In this document: in pieces, positions 47,189-56,023 of the stretch | Layout of the letters: every line of letters begins with the position of its first letter | Numbering within the stretch: the first letter of the stretch is position 1 | Origin: a candidate division FCPU426 bacterium | Lineage (GTDB): Bacteria; Oederibacteriota; Muellerivitia; Muellerivitales; Muellerivitaceae | Assembly: GCA_963796105.1 (NCBI GenBank) | Contig: CAWCKJ010000003.1 | Coordinates: 828,630-892,629 of the forward strand | Direction: 5' to 3' | Length of the DNA: 64,000 nucleotides | Notes under the pieces: generated by a model | What the model was told of the DNA's origin: nothing | What the model saw: the letters and a program-made list of their open reading frames with translations, nothing else | The model's database searches: none | Made by a program: the position numbers and the translations under genes

Positions 47189-47260
47189 TTATTTATTCTT
47201 TGGCAATACCAGGGGTGAAACCTGCTTGGCTCCCCTCTTGGCCGTTCCTTTTGGGAACTT
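47189..47260 (-). pseudogene. 3'-terminal remnant of a small Lys-rich protein gene
   Basis: Translates to KVPKGTAKRGAKQVSPLVLPKNK*, matching the C-terminus of the 45460..45681 product. An in-frame stop lies directly upstream and there is no start codon. Confidence 0.6.
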
Positions 47261-47436
47261 TTCAAAACCGAACATGATAGGCCGTGGAAATCTTTCAAGG
47301 CTGCGCTTTACCGTTCGGGTTAAAACCTTGTCAAGTGCCCTAATTTCATGGGTGCCGGCGGATTTCAATTGGGGATATTGGTTTCAGGGGTCCCATTTGC
47401 TATATTTGTATTACATGTATCACAAGGAGATTAACC

Positions 47437-47655
47437 ATGTCTATTTCAGTTTCCCTCAGGCTCCCAGATAAGACCGCGAAGGCTTTGGAGAGCCTGGCCA
47501 AGACCCTGGACCGCTCTAAATCCTACCTCATCCAAAAAGCGCTCGATACTTGGCTTGCCGAACAAGCCGACCACCAGATCGCATTGGACCGCCTGCGTGA
47601 TAAGCGGGACTCAATCCTCTCTTCCCAGGAATTGAGGAAGTGTCTTGGCCGTTAA
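47437..47655 (+). CDS. ribbon-helix-helix (CopG/RelB-type) antitoxin
   Basis: 72 aa. AAGGAG RBS. N-terminal beta-strand/helix pattern SISVSLRLPDKTAKALESLAKTLDRSKSYLIQKAL. Overlaps the toxin gene. Confidence 0.8.
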   Translation: MSISVSLRLPDKTAKALESLAKTLDRSKSYLIQKALDTWLAEQADHQIALDRLRDKRDSILSSQELRKCLGR

Positions 47656-47896
47656 GGTCGAGTACAAGTCATCCATCCAGAAGGACCTCAAGAAACTCGA
47701 TCCTCCTACCGCCCGGCGGGTGCTGGACAGCCTGGAGAAAGCGCTCCAAACACCCCGAAATCCGGGTGAACCCCTTCACGGCGAGTTTGCGGGGCTTTTC
47801 AAGCTGAGGGTTGGGGATTGGAGGGTAGTGTATGTTCCCATACCCGGCGGCTACCTTATTTTAAGGATCGCGCACCGCAAGGAAGTTTATAGGTAA
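47645..47896 (+). CDS. RelE/ParE-family type II toxin
   Basis: 83 aa. Family pattern ..IQKDLKKL....RVLDSLEKAL..P..GEPLHGEFAGLFKLRVGDWRVVY....GYLILRIAHRKEVY. Confidence 0.8.
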   Translation: MAVKVEYKSSIQKDLKKLDPPTARRVLDSLEKALQTPRNPGEPLHGEFAGLFKLRVGDWRVVYVPIPGGYLILRIAHRKEVYR

Positions 47897-48159
47897 AATC
47901 AAAAGTAAAAACCCAACCGTTGAAAATGGCAATGAAGAATGGACAATGAAGAATGAAAAATTAAATATTGAGGGAGGTTCTTAAAATAGGAAAATCCCCT
48001 AAATAAAAAGGGCCTTTCAAGTCAGCTTTATCCGATTACTAAATAAAAAACGCTTTTAAAAGCTGTTTTTCAGGAAATATATTTTTCGTTTATCACATAT
48101 AATTATCCTTAGTCGATCCATTCATTATTATTAAGACCGATTACAAGGAATTTTCTCGC

Positions 48160-48504
48160 ATGGGAAATTTTCAGGAAAAAAGGCATCATAAACGGTTTGA
48201 TTTTCAGAAACCGGTTCATATTAACCAGGTCCTTCCATCCAAATCGGGAAACATCTTCGAAGTCCAAGAACATAACATTCCAACCCAAAGCTATAACATG
48301 GGTGAAGGCGGATTGAAACTCGAGATATCCTATCCCATCAGTGTTGGTTCCATCCTTAAATTGGGTTTCGAACCGGGAAAGGATGAAAAAATCGAAATTT
48401 TCGCGAAGGTTATTTGGAGGCAAAAGACCGAATGCGGGGTGAATTTCCTAGCGCCAGAAACAGTAATCCAAAAGACCCTCCGTAATATTTCCCCGAATCC
48501 CTGA
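48160..48504 (+). CDS. PilZ-like domain protein (copy 2)
   Basis: Protein identical to 44718..45062. Confidence 0.65.
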   Translation: MGNFQEKRHHKRFDFQKPVHINQVLPSKSGNIFEVQEHNIPTQSYNMGEGGLKLEISYPISVGSILKLGFEPGKDEKIEIFAKVIWRQKTECGVNFLAPETVIQKTLRNISPNP

Positions 48505-48550
48505 ATAACCAAGCCGAAAGTGAAATGTAAATTCAAATCCAGAGGTAACC

Positions 48551-48814
48551 TTGTTAACGTTTGAATTCATGTCCAAAAATGATATTAAAACACCAGTGGA
48601 TTGGTCGTCATGGAACGAAAGAATAATCGCGAGTTTAATGCGGTCCTGGCAGGCTGATAAAATAAGTCATACTGTTTATATTATCGAAAATGAACGAATG
48701 ATCCTTGTTTTGCAAACCTTTTGGATGGGATATCAGTGTTCTGAATCGGAATGGAAGGATTTCGTCTCAAACTTCGGACCCTTAACGACGCGTCAGCAAC
48801 TCTCCCGTCTTTAA
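48551..48814 (+). CDS. hypothetical 87-aa protein (copy 2)
   Basis: Protein identical to 45109..45372. The upstream RBS is GGAGG in copy 1 and AGAGG here. Confidence 0.4.
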   Translation: MLTFEFMSKNDIKTPVDWSSWNERIIASLMRSWQADKISHTVYIIENERMILVLQTFWMGYQCSESEWKDFVSNFGPLTTRQQLSRL

Positions 48815-48941
48815 AATTCCGGGAAATACCATGAAATTGTGGCAACTTTAGATGGGGGAAGGAAACACATAAAAAGCAATTATGAATTCTAAATTTTGAA
48901 TTTTAAATTGACGAAGTTTCTTAAACCGCGAATCAAGTCAT

Positions 48942-48970
48942 AAAAAAAGGGCCCCGCGAACGCGGGGCCC
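48942..48970 (-). terminator. intrinsic terminator of the 1029-aa gene
   Basis: On the minus strand a GC-rich hairpin (GGGCCCCGCG-TTCG-CGCGGGGCCC in the sequence as written) is followed by a run of seven T. It lies 40 nt past the stop. Confidence 0.8.
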
Positions 48971-49009
48971 TTCGTGTTTACAGACAACGCAAACAACCCC
49001 CAGCATCAA

Positions 49010-52000
49010 TTATTGCCATGAAATCAAGACTTGGCCATCCCCGCCTGCTGACACACCTAAATAACCGGGCCCGCAACCCCCACCGCCGCCACCCGGCGAT
49101 CCTCCATTAGTGCCTGCTGTATTCGAACCGCCGCCACCTCCGCCACTTCCACCTCCAAAACCCAACCCTGGATTTCCTCCCGAACCACCTGAACTTAAAC
49201 TACCAACAATTCCGGGTGAGCCGTTTGAAGCTCCGGTTCCTCCGGCACCCCCAGCACCCCCCGAGCCGTTAGTTCCAAAAATTCCGTTATACCCTGCCGT
49301 AACCATAACAAGTAATTGGCTCGTGCTAACATTGTATACTGACGAAAAACTTGAATTTATGCAATTGCCGAGGCCTACAGTCACTGCAATGGTATTGCCA
49401 GGAAAAACACTAAATTGATTAATCATATATCCGCCGCCACCTCCGCCACCACCGCCCGAATTACTACTCCCGGAATAGCCTGATCCACCACAACCACCAG
49501 GGCCCCATGCTTGGATTAAAATGGAAGAAACCCCTGCCGGAACGATAAAAGTCCCATTTGAAGTAAAAGTCAGTGAACCGGGCACGATGGTTGGAGTATT
49601 GGTGATGGTGGGGGTTTGGGTTGGCGTTGAAGTCACAGTCGGGGTTGCGGTATTCGTGGGTGTCGCAGTCACGGTCGGGGTCGCGGTCGAAGTCGGGGTC
49701 GGCGTAGCGGTCGGCAAGGCGACCGTAATGGTCACCCCCAACGCGGCGCCGGTTAAGGAAACGGCCCCACCGTATATATCCGTCGCGTTAACCCCGGCCA
49801 CATATGCCGAATAGGTACCGGGCATTACGCTGCTGGAGAAATTATAGACCAGCTGAGAAGTGATAAAGCTTCCAGGGAAAATAACAAGTGGGTCCACGGG
49901 GAGCGTCACTGATCCAGAAGAAAAGTCCCCACCCGAGACTTCCGTTCCCGTGGGAATAGCCTCCAATATCACCGAAGAAATCCCCGACAAGCTGCCCGTG
50001 GTTGTGCCATTGACGATAAAGCTATTCACTGTCACATTAGAACTGGCACAGTTGTTGGACAACTGAAACTGCAGCACCGTTACACCGGAGGCACCCGGTA
50101 TTACCGTTATCGGCGCCGCCCCCCACGGAAAATGGCTGAAACTTACCGGACATGAATTAAGCGTTAAAGAATTCGAAGCGTTACCGGTTGTAGAGACCGA
50201 CATCCCGTTGGCTCCCGTTCCACCGAGAGCGGGGATATCAATAGAGACGGTATAGGTGCTTTTAGTGACAATTGTCGAGAAGTTGTAATTCAACATAAAG
50301 GTTTGGGCTTCGGCGGGCCCCAAGGTCGTTAAAAAAGGTGAACCCAGGAACTCGCCTCCCAGCCCGGGGTCACTAGGATAAGTAAAAAGGCCCCCCCCAC
50401 TGACGTTCTGCAAACTCGCCGAACTGATACTCCCGGCCGGCGCCGTGTCTGTCCCGCCGAAAAAAATGCTTTGCAAATTGACCATTTCACCGCTGGTGTT
50501 GGTGACCGCGAACTGCAGGATACCCACGGATTGCCCGGAAATGGCGGAGACCGCCCCCCCCAAGGCAATGATCTTGACGATCGGCTGGGTGGGGGTCCAA
50601 GTCGCGGTATTCGTGAGGGTAACCGTGGGCGTCGGGGTGGCCGTCAATGAAGGAGTGGCAGTCGGCGTGACCGTGGGTGTGTTGGTCACCGTCGCCGTGG
50701 GCGCCAGAACCGTGTGGGTATTACCATTGATTGGGCCGCCTACAATAACGGCAGTAGTGGATGTATTAGCCCCAGCCGCAGAAATACCCCCGGCGCTGAT
50801 CGTATTGAAGAAAGTCTCGCCCCCAAGCGCGCTCAGATTAAACACCAATAACAGGGTTTGGGGCGTTCCCGGAACAACTTCTAGGATTCCAGCCGCGTTG
50901 GTAAAGGCCACAGCGCCGTTTGAGAAGGTCCCGCTGGCCAGTGAACTTCCCCCGCCCGTATAGTAGCCATTCCCTCCCGTGTCGTCCCCGCTTGTACCAG
51001 TGTCCTGGTACAACTGGACGCTTCCCCCGACCACTTCCCCGCTCGTCATGGTTCCACCAAGCCCGAAAGAAAGCTGGGTCACAGAGACTGGTTCCTGCCC
51101 AAACGCCTTCAATACCACTTGAATGCCAGTCACATTGGCCTGGTTGAATATATAAGTCTGGGATACTGGCTCGTCATTCCACGAGAGAACCAATCGGGGT
51201 TGGGGGGTATTGGTGACAGTAGGTGTGTTCGACGGGGTGGAAGTGATCGTTGAGGTATAGGTGGAAGTCGGCGTAAAGGTCGCGGTGACGGTAGGCGTAT
51301 AAGTCAGAGTACCGGGAGGAAAAGTGTTTGTGTAAGTCGGGGTTTCTAGGATGGTCACGGGCGTATCGGTGGGCATGGGCGTTTCAGTGGAAGTTACGGT
51401 CAAAGTATTTGTGATTGTATTAGTCATGGTGTTCGTGGGAGTCGCGGTCAAGGTGCCAGGCGGAAATGTGTTTGTGTAAGTCGGGGTTTCCAGAATGGTC
51501 ACGGGCGTATCGGTTGGAATAGGCGTAGGTGATAGTGTTGGCGTAGCCGATGGCGTAGGGGTAAGAGTGACCGTGTCGGTCACAGTCTCGGTGACCGTCA
51601 AGGTCATCGTAGGCGTCATCGAATCCGTCGCTGTAAAAGTGAAAGTCAAAGTCCCCGGAGGAAATGTGTTTGTATAAGTCGGCGTTTCCAGAATAGTTAC
51701 TGGCGTATCCGTAGGCAAAGGTGTATCCGTGGAAGTGGGGGTTGGAATCAGGGTGTTGGTATTAGTCGGTGTGTTCGTCAGGGTCGATGTTAAAGTACCC
51801 GGAGGGAACGTGAATGTATAGGTCGGTGTCTCTAGGATGGTCACGGGGGTACTGGTCGGCAAGGGTGAATTGGTGGAAGTGGCAGTTGGGATAAGCGTAT
51901 TGGTACTGGTTGATGTGTTAGTCGGAGTGGCAGTCAAGGTGCCAGGTGGAAAAGTGTCCGTATAGGTGGCTGTTTCAAGGATAGTGACAGGCTTCGTGAC

Positions 52001-52099
52001 CGTGACCGGCGCGGAAGGGCCTGTGGAATTATTCGAGCAAGCCATGGGCAGGATCGCCGCGATAAGGAACATGAAAAGCCAGGTGAATTTTCTCCCCAT
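49010..52099 (-). CDS. giant lipoprotein: PVTILETPTYT stalk repeats, Ig-like modules, C-terminal glycine-rich domain
   Basis: 1029 aa. Lipobox ILPMA|CSNNSTGPS. Six repeats containing PVTILETPTYT.TFPPGTLT. Beta-rich middle. The C-terminus (FTSNGTFIVPAGVSSILIQAWGPGGCGGSG..GGGGGGGGGY..TIAVTVG..polyGly..GDGQVLISWQ) resembles the bacterial 'glycine-rich protein' domain family. Confidence 0.8.
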   Translation of the reverse strand: MGRKFTWLFMFLIAAILPMACSNNSTGPSAPVTVTKPVTILETATYTDTFPPGTLTATPTNTSTSTNTLIPTATSTNSPLPTSTPVTILETPTYTFTFPPGTLTSTLTNTPTNTNTLIPTPTSTDTPLPTDTPVTILETPTYTNTFPPGTLTFTFTATDSMTPTMTLTVTETVTDTVTLTPTPSATPTLSPTPIPTDTPVTILETPTYTNTFPPGTLTATPTNTMTNTITNTLTVTSTETPMPTDTPVTILETPTYTNTFPPGTLTYTPTVTATFTPTSTYTSTITSTPSNTPTVTNTPQPRLVLSWNDEPVSQTYIFNQANVTGIQVVLKAFGQEPVSVTQLSFGLGGTMTSGEVVGGSVQLYQDTGTSGDDTGGNGYYTGGGSSLASGTFSNGAVAFTNAAGILEVVPGTPQTLLLVFNLSALGGETFFNTISAGGISAAGANTSTTAVIVGGPINGNTHTVLAPTATVTNTPTVTPTATPSLTATPTPTVTLTNTATWTPTQPIVKIIALGGAVSAISGQSVGILQFAVTNTSGEMVNLQSIFFGGTDTAPAGSISSASLQNVSGGGLFTYPSDPGLGGEFLGSPFLTTLGPAEAQTFMLNYNFSTIVTKSTYTVSIDIPALGGTGANGMSVSTTGNASNSLTLNSCPVSFSHFPWGAAPITVIPGASGVTVLQFQLSNNCASSNVTVNSFIVNGTTTGSLSGISSVILEAIPTGTEVSGGDFSSGSVTLPVDPLVIFPGSFITSQLVYNFSSSVMPGTYSAYVAGVNATDIYGGAVSLTGAALGVTITVALPTATPTPTSTATPTVTATPTNTATPTVTSTPTQTPTITNTPTIVPGSLTFTSNGTFIVPAGVSSILIQAWGPGGCGGSGYSGSSNSGGGGGGGGGYMINQFSVFPGNTIAVTVGLGNCINSSFSSVYNVSTSQLLVMVTAGYNGIFGTNGSGGAGGAGGTGASNGSPGIVGSLSSGGSGGNPGLGFGGGSGGGGGGSNTAGTNGGSPGGGGGGCGPGYLGVSAGGDGQVLISWQ

Positions 52100-52383
52100 T
52101 TAAGCCCATTCCGGCGAAGAAGATGAACAAAACTGGGGACAGGCTAAAGGTATTAACAATCCTTCTATATGAGGTATGTCATAAGCTTAGATAATTAAGT
52201 TACTAGCAGTATCATGAAATTGTCTCTAGTTTTATTCGAATGGCGCCTTCACCCAATTGAGAACGCTTCTTTGAGAATAAACAGTTGATGAACCTTTTTT
52301 ACAAGGAAGTAACACGAGGGGGTGCCATAAACCAATTCTGAATTCTAAATTTTAAATTGAGGGAGTTTTTTAAGCCAGACAGC

Positions 52384-52647
52384 TCAACGGACGATGATTT
52401 GTCCGGCGGGAGCCTGGGCGGTTCCCTGCTTTGGCGCTTCCTTGGGCTTAGGGGGCATGTTCGGATGTTTATAATCCGCCTTTTTGACGGCCTTGGTCGG
52501 CCCCGAATAGGGCGGCCTGGTATGAACCCTTTTGTGTTTTGCTGCCAGAGTAGCCTGCGGTGATTTCACCGAGCCTTCTTCCTGGGCCAAACCCAATGAC
52601 GTTGCCAGGAATAACCCCGCCACCGCGATCGTGATTATTTTTTTCAT
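52384..52647 (-). CDS. small secreted Lys/His/Pro-rich protein
   Basis: Start at MKKIITIAVAGLFLATSLGLA with AAGGAG upstream. The basic tail contains AAKHKRVH, similar to the 73-aa protein at 45460. Its start lies 27 nt downstream of the 847-aa gene stop. Confidence 0.6.
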   Translation of the reverse strand: MKKIITIAVAGLFLATSLGLAQEEGSVKSPQATLAAKHKRVHTRPPYSGPTKAVKKADYKHPNMPPKPKEAPKQGTAQAPAGQIIVR

Positions 52648-52674
52648 AAAGCTCTCCTTTAGCATATCTTTCAT

Positions 52675-55218
52675 TTACTTTGAATACACGTTCACGGCGC
52701 AAGCGCCACTATCGGCTACATACAGGTTATCAGAAGTATCCACCCACAAGAGTTGGGGATAATTTGCCGCGTAACCGCCCAAATTGGTTCCCAGTGAATT
52801 TGAATAATAAACAAAGTTGTCCTGGCTGGTCGTATAGGTAATGTTGCTGTAAATCGTCGCGTACCAATTAAAAAACAAGTTCCCCTGCGAATCCACCGCG
52901 ACACTGGTGGTTGGGGAAGTTTCCGTGACGGGTGAAAAAGCCGTTGGAACACCAAAACCTCTCACATATTTATATTGGGGGTTGAATTCATAGATAACAT
53001 TAGGAAGCGAGTATCCGGCTTCAGCGACATAAATATTCCCGATTGGGTCCACGGCTAAATCGCATGGCTTGCCATAAAATCCCGTTGTTTGATTCAAAAC
53101 CGTGTCATTTTCCCAGGAAAGATTTAAAACCGTTCCGCTGAATTGGTCGGTAACCACCAAATTCCCGCTGGGGTCGATCTTGACTCCGTAGGGATTGATG
53201 ACAGTTCCCTGTCCCGTCCAAGTGTAATCATAGGTGGCACTGCTGGGTGAAAGGTAATGGCCGACCACACATCCGGTAACCGCATAGGATAAACCCCCTA
53301 ATGAGGTATACCCGTTTAGAGTGGACACATTCACGGCGGAATAAAGCTCCCCATGGTCGTCAATGGCCACGCCCGTCACAGCCCCTGACGCGTTGGGGAT
53401 GACCGAGTAAAGCGATACGCCCTGGCTGTTGTAAACAAGGACTGTTGCCCCGCCGTTACTCACGGCGATATAACCATTCGCCGCCGCGACACCCATCGGG
53501 CAATAGCCGGCTGGCAACAGTATCGAGAGAATTTGGCTACCCAAGGGATAGGCGGTGGGCGTCACCGTAGGGGATGACGAGGGTGTCGAAGTTTTCGTCG
53601 GGGTAGGGGTCGCGGTGTTGAAATTAACAGGCGTAGGAGTATTGGTGTAATGGGCCAAATACGTCAAGGTCGGGGTGGGAGTCCCGGACGGGGTATAGGT
53701 GGCGGAACCGGTGGGCGTGGGCGTCGGACTGTTGGTGATGGTACGGGTGGGCGTGAGGGTGGGGGTGTTCGTGACGGTAGTGGTTGGAGTAATGGTCGGC
53801 GTGGTGTTGAGCGTGATCGTCACATCATCGATCCAAAGATCAAGCCCACTGGTACCGGAAATCTGTACATATAGTTTCTGGACATTCGTCCAGGAATTCG
53901 GGCGCAGGGCCGCCGTCACTTGGGTCCAATTGGTGGCACTAGCGGCTGTCGTATATTCGGAACGGTTCTGACCGTTACTGGTATCGTAAACCTGGATTGT
54001 GCCTCCCCTATAGGCGGATACTTTGTAATAAAAACTGATGGTGCTTCCGGGCGGTATCGTGACAGGGGCGTTGCTGAAATCCAATCCGATATCTGCCGCA
54101 CCCCCTGCCAAAGGAATAATTGCTTCCAGGGAATCCGGTGAGTTGTTGTAATTGGTTGAATCTAATTGGAGATTGGTTCCCAGCGGGCAAGACCAAACCG
54201 ACCAGCACTGTAGGTTCGTATCCTCGGGGTCGAAGGTGTATGAAGACAGGAAAGCCGCGCTCCCCGGGTAACATGCCGTTGGCACCGGCGGTATCACCGT
54301 CACGGGCGTGTTGGTGGAAGTAATGGTTGGCGTGATGGTATTGGTATTGGTGGCCGTGTTTGACGGAGTGGCGGTCAAGGTACCGGGGGGAAAAGTCCAA
54401 GTGTAGGTCGGTGTTTCCAGGATGGTTACGGGAGTATCGGTGGGAATTGGTGTATCAGTAGAAGTGGATGTCAAAGTATTGGTTATCGTATTTGTCAAAG
54501 TGTTCGTGGGGGTCGCAGTCAAGGTGCCAGGCGGAAAGGTTGAGGTATAAGTCGGTGTTTCAAAGATGGTCACGGGAGTATCGGTTGGCATGGGAGTATC
54601 CGTGGATGTCGCAGTAAAACTAATTGTTATGGTATTGGTCAAAGTGTTCGTGGGAGTTGCGGTCAATGTTCCCGGGGGAAAGGTTGATGTATAAGTCGGC
54701 GTTTCCAGTATGGTTACGGGAGTATCTGTAGAAGTAAAAGTAGGAGTTAGGAATGTGGAAGTAGGAGTTGTAGTAGGCGTGGCGGTCAATGTACCTGGGG
54801 GGAAAGTATAAGTATTGGTCGGGGTTTCCAGGATGGTGACGGGCGTATCGGTGGGCATGGGAGTATCCGTGGATGTCGCAGTAAAAGTAATCGTTATGGT
54901 ATTGGTCAAAGTGTTCGTGGGTGTCGCGGTCAATGTTCCCGGGGGGAAAGTGTAAGTATTGGTCGGCGTTTCCAGTATGGTCACGGGAGTGTTTGTAGAA
55001 GTAAAAGTAGGAGTTAGGAATGTGGAAGTAGGGGTTGTAGTCTGTGTGGAGGTCAAGGTTCCGGGAGGAAAGGTCGGTGAGTTAGTGGCTGTGACTAGGA
55101 CGGTGACGGGTTGGGTGACTGTGACAGGCGAGGAGGGTCCGGTGGAATTGTTCGAGCAGGCGATGGGAATCACTGATCCTATAATGAAGATGTAAACCCA
55201 AATTGATTTGATTCCCAT
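52675..55218 (-). CDS. giant lipoprotein: PVTILETPT stalk repeats, CBM-like jelly-roll (weak call), C-terminal NHL-like propeller
   Basis: 847 aa. Lipobox VIPIA|CSNNSTGPS, near-identical to the leader of the 1029-aa neighbour. Six stalk repeats. Middle ..WIDDVTI.. region. C-terminal blades with the YVAEAG and LYVADSG signatures. Confidence 0.8.
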   Translation of the reverse strand: MGIKSIWVYIFIIGSVIPIACSNNSTGPSSPVTVTQPVTVLVTATNSPTFPPGTLTSTQTTTPTSTFLTPTFTSTNTPVTILETPTNTYTFPPGTLTATPTNTLTNTITITFTATSTDTPMPTDTPVTILETPTNTYTFPPGTLTATPTTTPTSTFLTPTFTSTDTPVTILETPTYTSTFPPGTLTATPTNTLTNTITISFTATSTDTPMPTDTPVTIFETPTYTSTFPPGTLTATPTNTLTNTITNTLTSTSTDTPIPTDTPVTILETPTYTWTFPPGTLTATPSNTATNTNTITPTITSTNTPVTVIPPVPTACYPGSAAFLSSYTFDPEDTNLQCWSVWSCPLGTNLQLDSTNYNNSPDSLEAIIPLAGGAADIGLDFSNAPVTIPPGSTISFYYKVSAYRGGTIQVYDTSNGQNRSEYTTAASATNWTQVTAALRPNSWTNVQKLYVQISGTSGLDLWIDDVTITLNTTPTITPTTTVTNTPTLTPTRTITNSPTPTPTGSATYTPSGTPTPTLTYLAHYTNTPTPVNFNTATPTPTKTSTPSSSPTVTPTAYPLGSQILSILLPAGYCPMGVAAANGYIAVSNGGATVLVYNSQGVSLYSVIPNASGAVTGVAIDDHGELYSAVNVSTLNGYTSLGGLSYAVTGCVVGHYLSPSSATYDYTWTGQGTVINPYGVKIDPSGNLVVTDQFSGTVLNLSWENDTVLNQTTGFYGKPCDLAVDPIGNIYVAEAGYSLPNVIYEFNPQYKYVRGFGVPTAFSPVTETSPTTSVAVDSQGNLFFNWYATIYSNITYTTSQDNFVYYSNSLGTNLGGYAANYPQLLWVDTSDNLYVADSGACAVNVYSK

Positions 55219-55392
55219 TACGGCCCCTGAAATTATTAATTAACAAAATCGGCCTCATGTTAAAGGTAACCGCCAAACCCAGCAAGACAAATGTCATAAT
55301 TCATCATTACCAAGTTACCACCGGTAACCAGTTAATTTGTGGGGGTTGATCCAAGTGACGCCCTCTCTTAGTCGAGAGCGCTTACTCACGAA

Positions 55393-55423
55393 TAAAAAAA
55401 GGGCCCCGCGAAAAACGGAGCCC
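55393..55423 (-). terminator. intrinsic terminator
   Basis: On the minus strand a GGGCTCCG..CGGGGCCC hairpin is followed by a T-run. Sequence-related to the terminator at 48942. Confidence 0.65.
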
Positions 55424-55598
55424 TTCCTGAAGCAAAAACCCGGATAGTTAAACCCGGGAATTTATCACTTCTATTAAAAATTTGTTATAACCACAGGTTC
55501 CTTCGGAACCACAAAGGTATAGTAAAATTAAAAAATTCTACTGACTTCAAACCAATAAAGCTTCACAAGTTTCGAAGTACCACAGTAATAAATACTAA

Positions 55599-55982
55599 TT
55601 ATTGAAGCGACTTGATCAGCTCGTTCTTCTGGTCCGCGGAAATATCCTTCCCGCTGTTCTGACGCGAGAAACCCAAGGCCTTGCGCCGGACTTCCATCAG
55701 CTTGATCTTCTTGTCCCTGGCCTCCTGCTTGGTCAACTTCCCCGCTCGGTAATCCTTGGTTACCTGGGCCATCTTTTCCCTCAACTGGGTGTTGAAAGCC
55801 GAGAAATTAGGTTTTTTGGAAACGGCGTCAGTACCCTTGCTTTGAAGGAAAGTCGGCGTTGTCCTAGGAAAAGCCTGCTTATTTTGCGCGAAAACCGGGG
55901 TGCTTCCCGGAAAAACAGATTTGTTTTGCGCGAAAGCTGGAACTGCCAGGCAAAGCGCCGTAATCATAATATATTTTCTCAT
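55599..55982 (-). CDS. hypothetical secreted basic protein
   Basis: Start at MRKYIMITALCLAVPAFA with AAGGAGG upstream. Repeated FAQNK. motif and a Lys-rich helical C-terminus. Lies directly downstream of the S53 gene. Confidence 0.55.
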   Translation of the reverse strand: MRKYIMITALCLAVPAFAQNKSVFPGSTPVFAQNKQAFPRTTPTFLQSKGTDAVSKKPNFSAFNTQLREKMAQVTKDYRAGKLTKQEARDKKIKLMEVRRKALGFSRQNSGKDISADQKNELIKSLQ

Positions 55983-56023
55983 CGTATTCCTCCTTGAGTT
56001 AATCACAGCCGTCGCGCGACCCA

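Larger units (their letters stand above)
47930..48852 (+). repeat. 0.92-kb direct repeat, copy 2 (uninterrupted)
   Basis: Constant 3442-bp offset from copy 1. The ORFs are duplicated with synonymous differences only (AGA/AGG, AAA/AAG). Confidence 0.9.

Noticed and set aside
43494-48852. Diversity-generating retroelement (template/variable repeat) as an explanation for the near-identical 0.92-kb repeats.
   Set aside because: The mismatches are not adenine-specific (A/G, G/A and C/T are all seen), and they fall mostly in non-coding or synonymous positions. No reverse transcriptase is present in the window.
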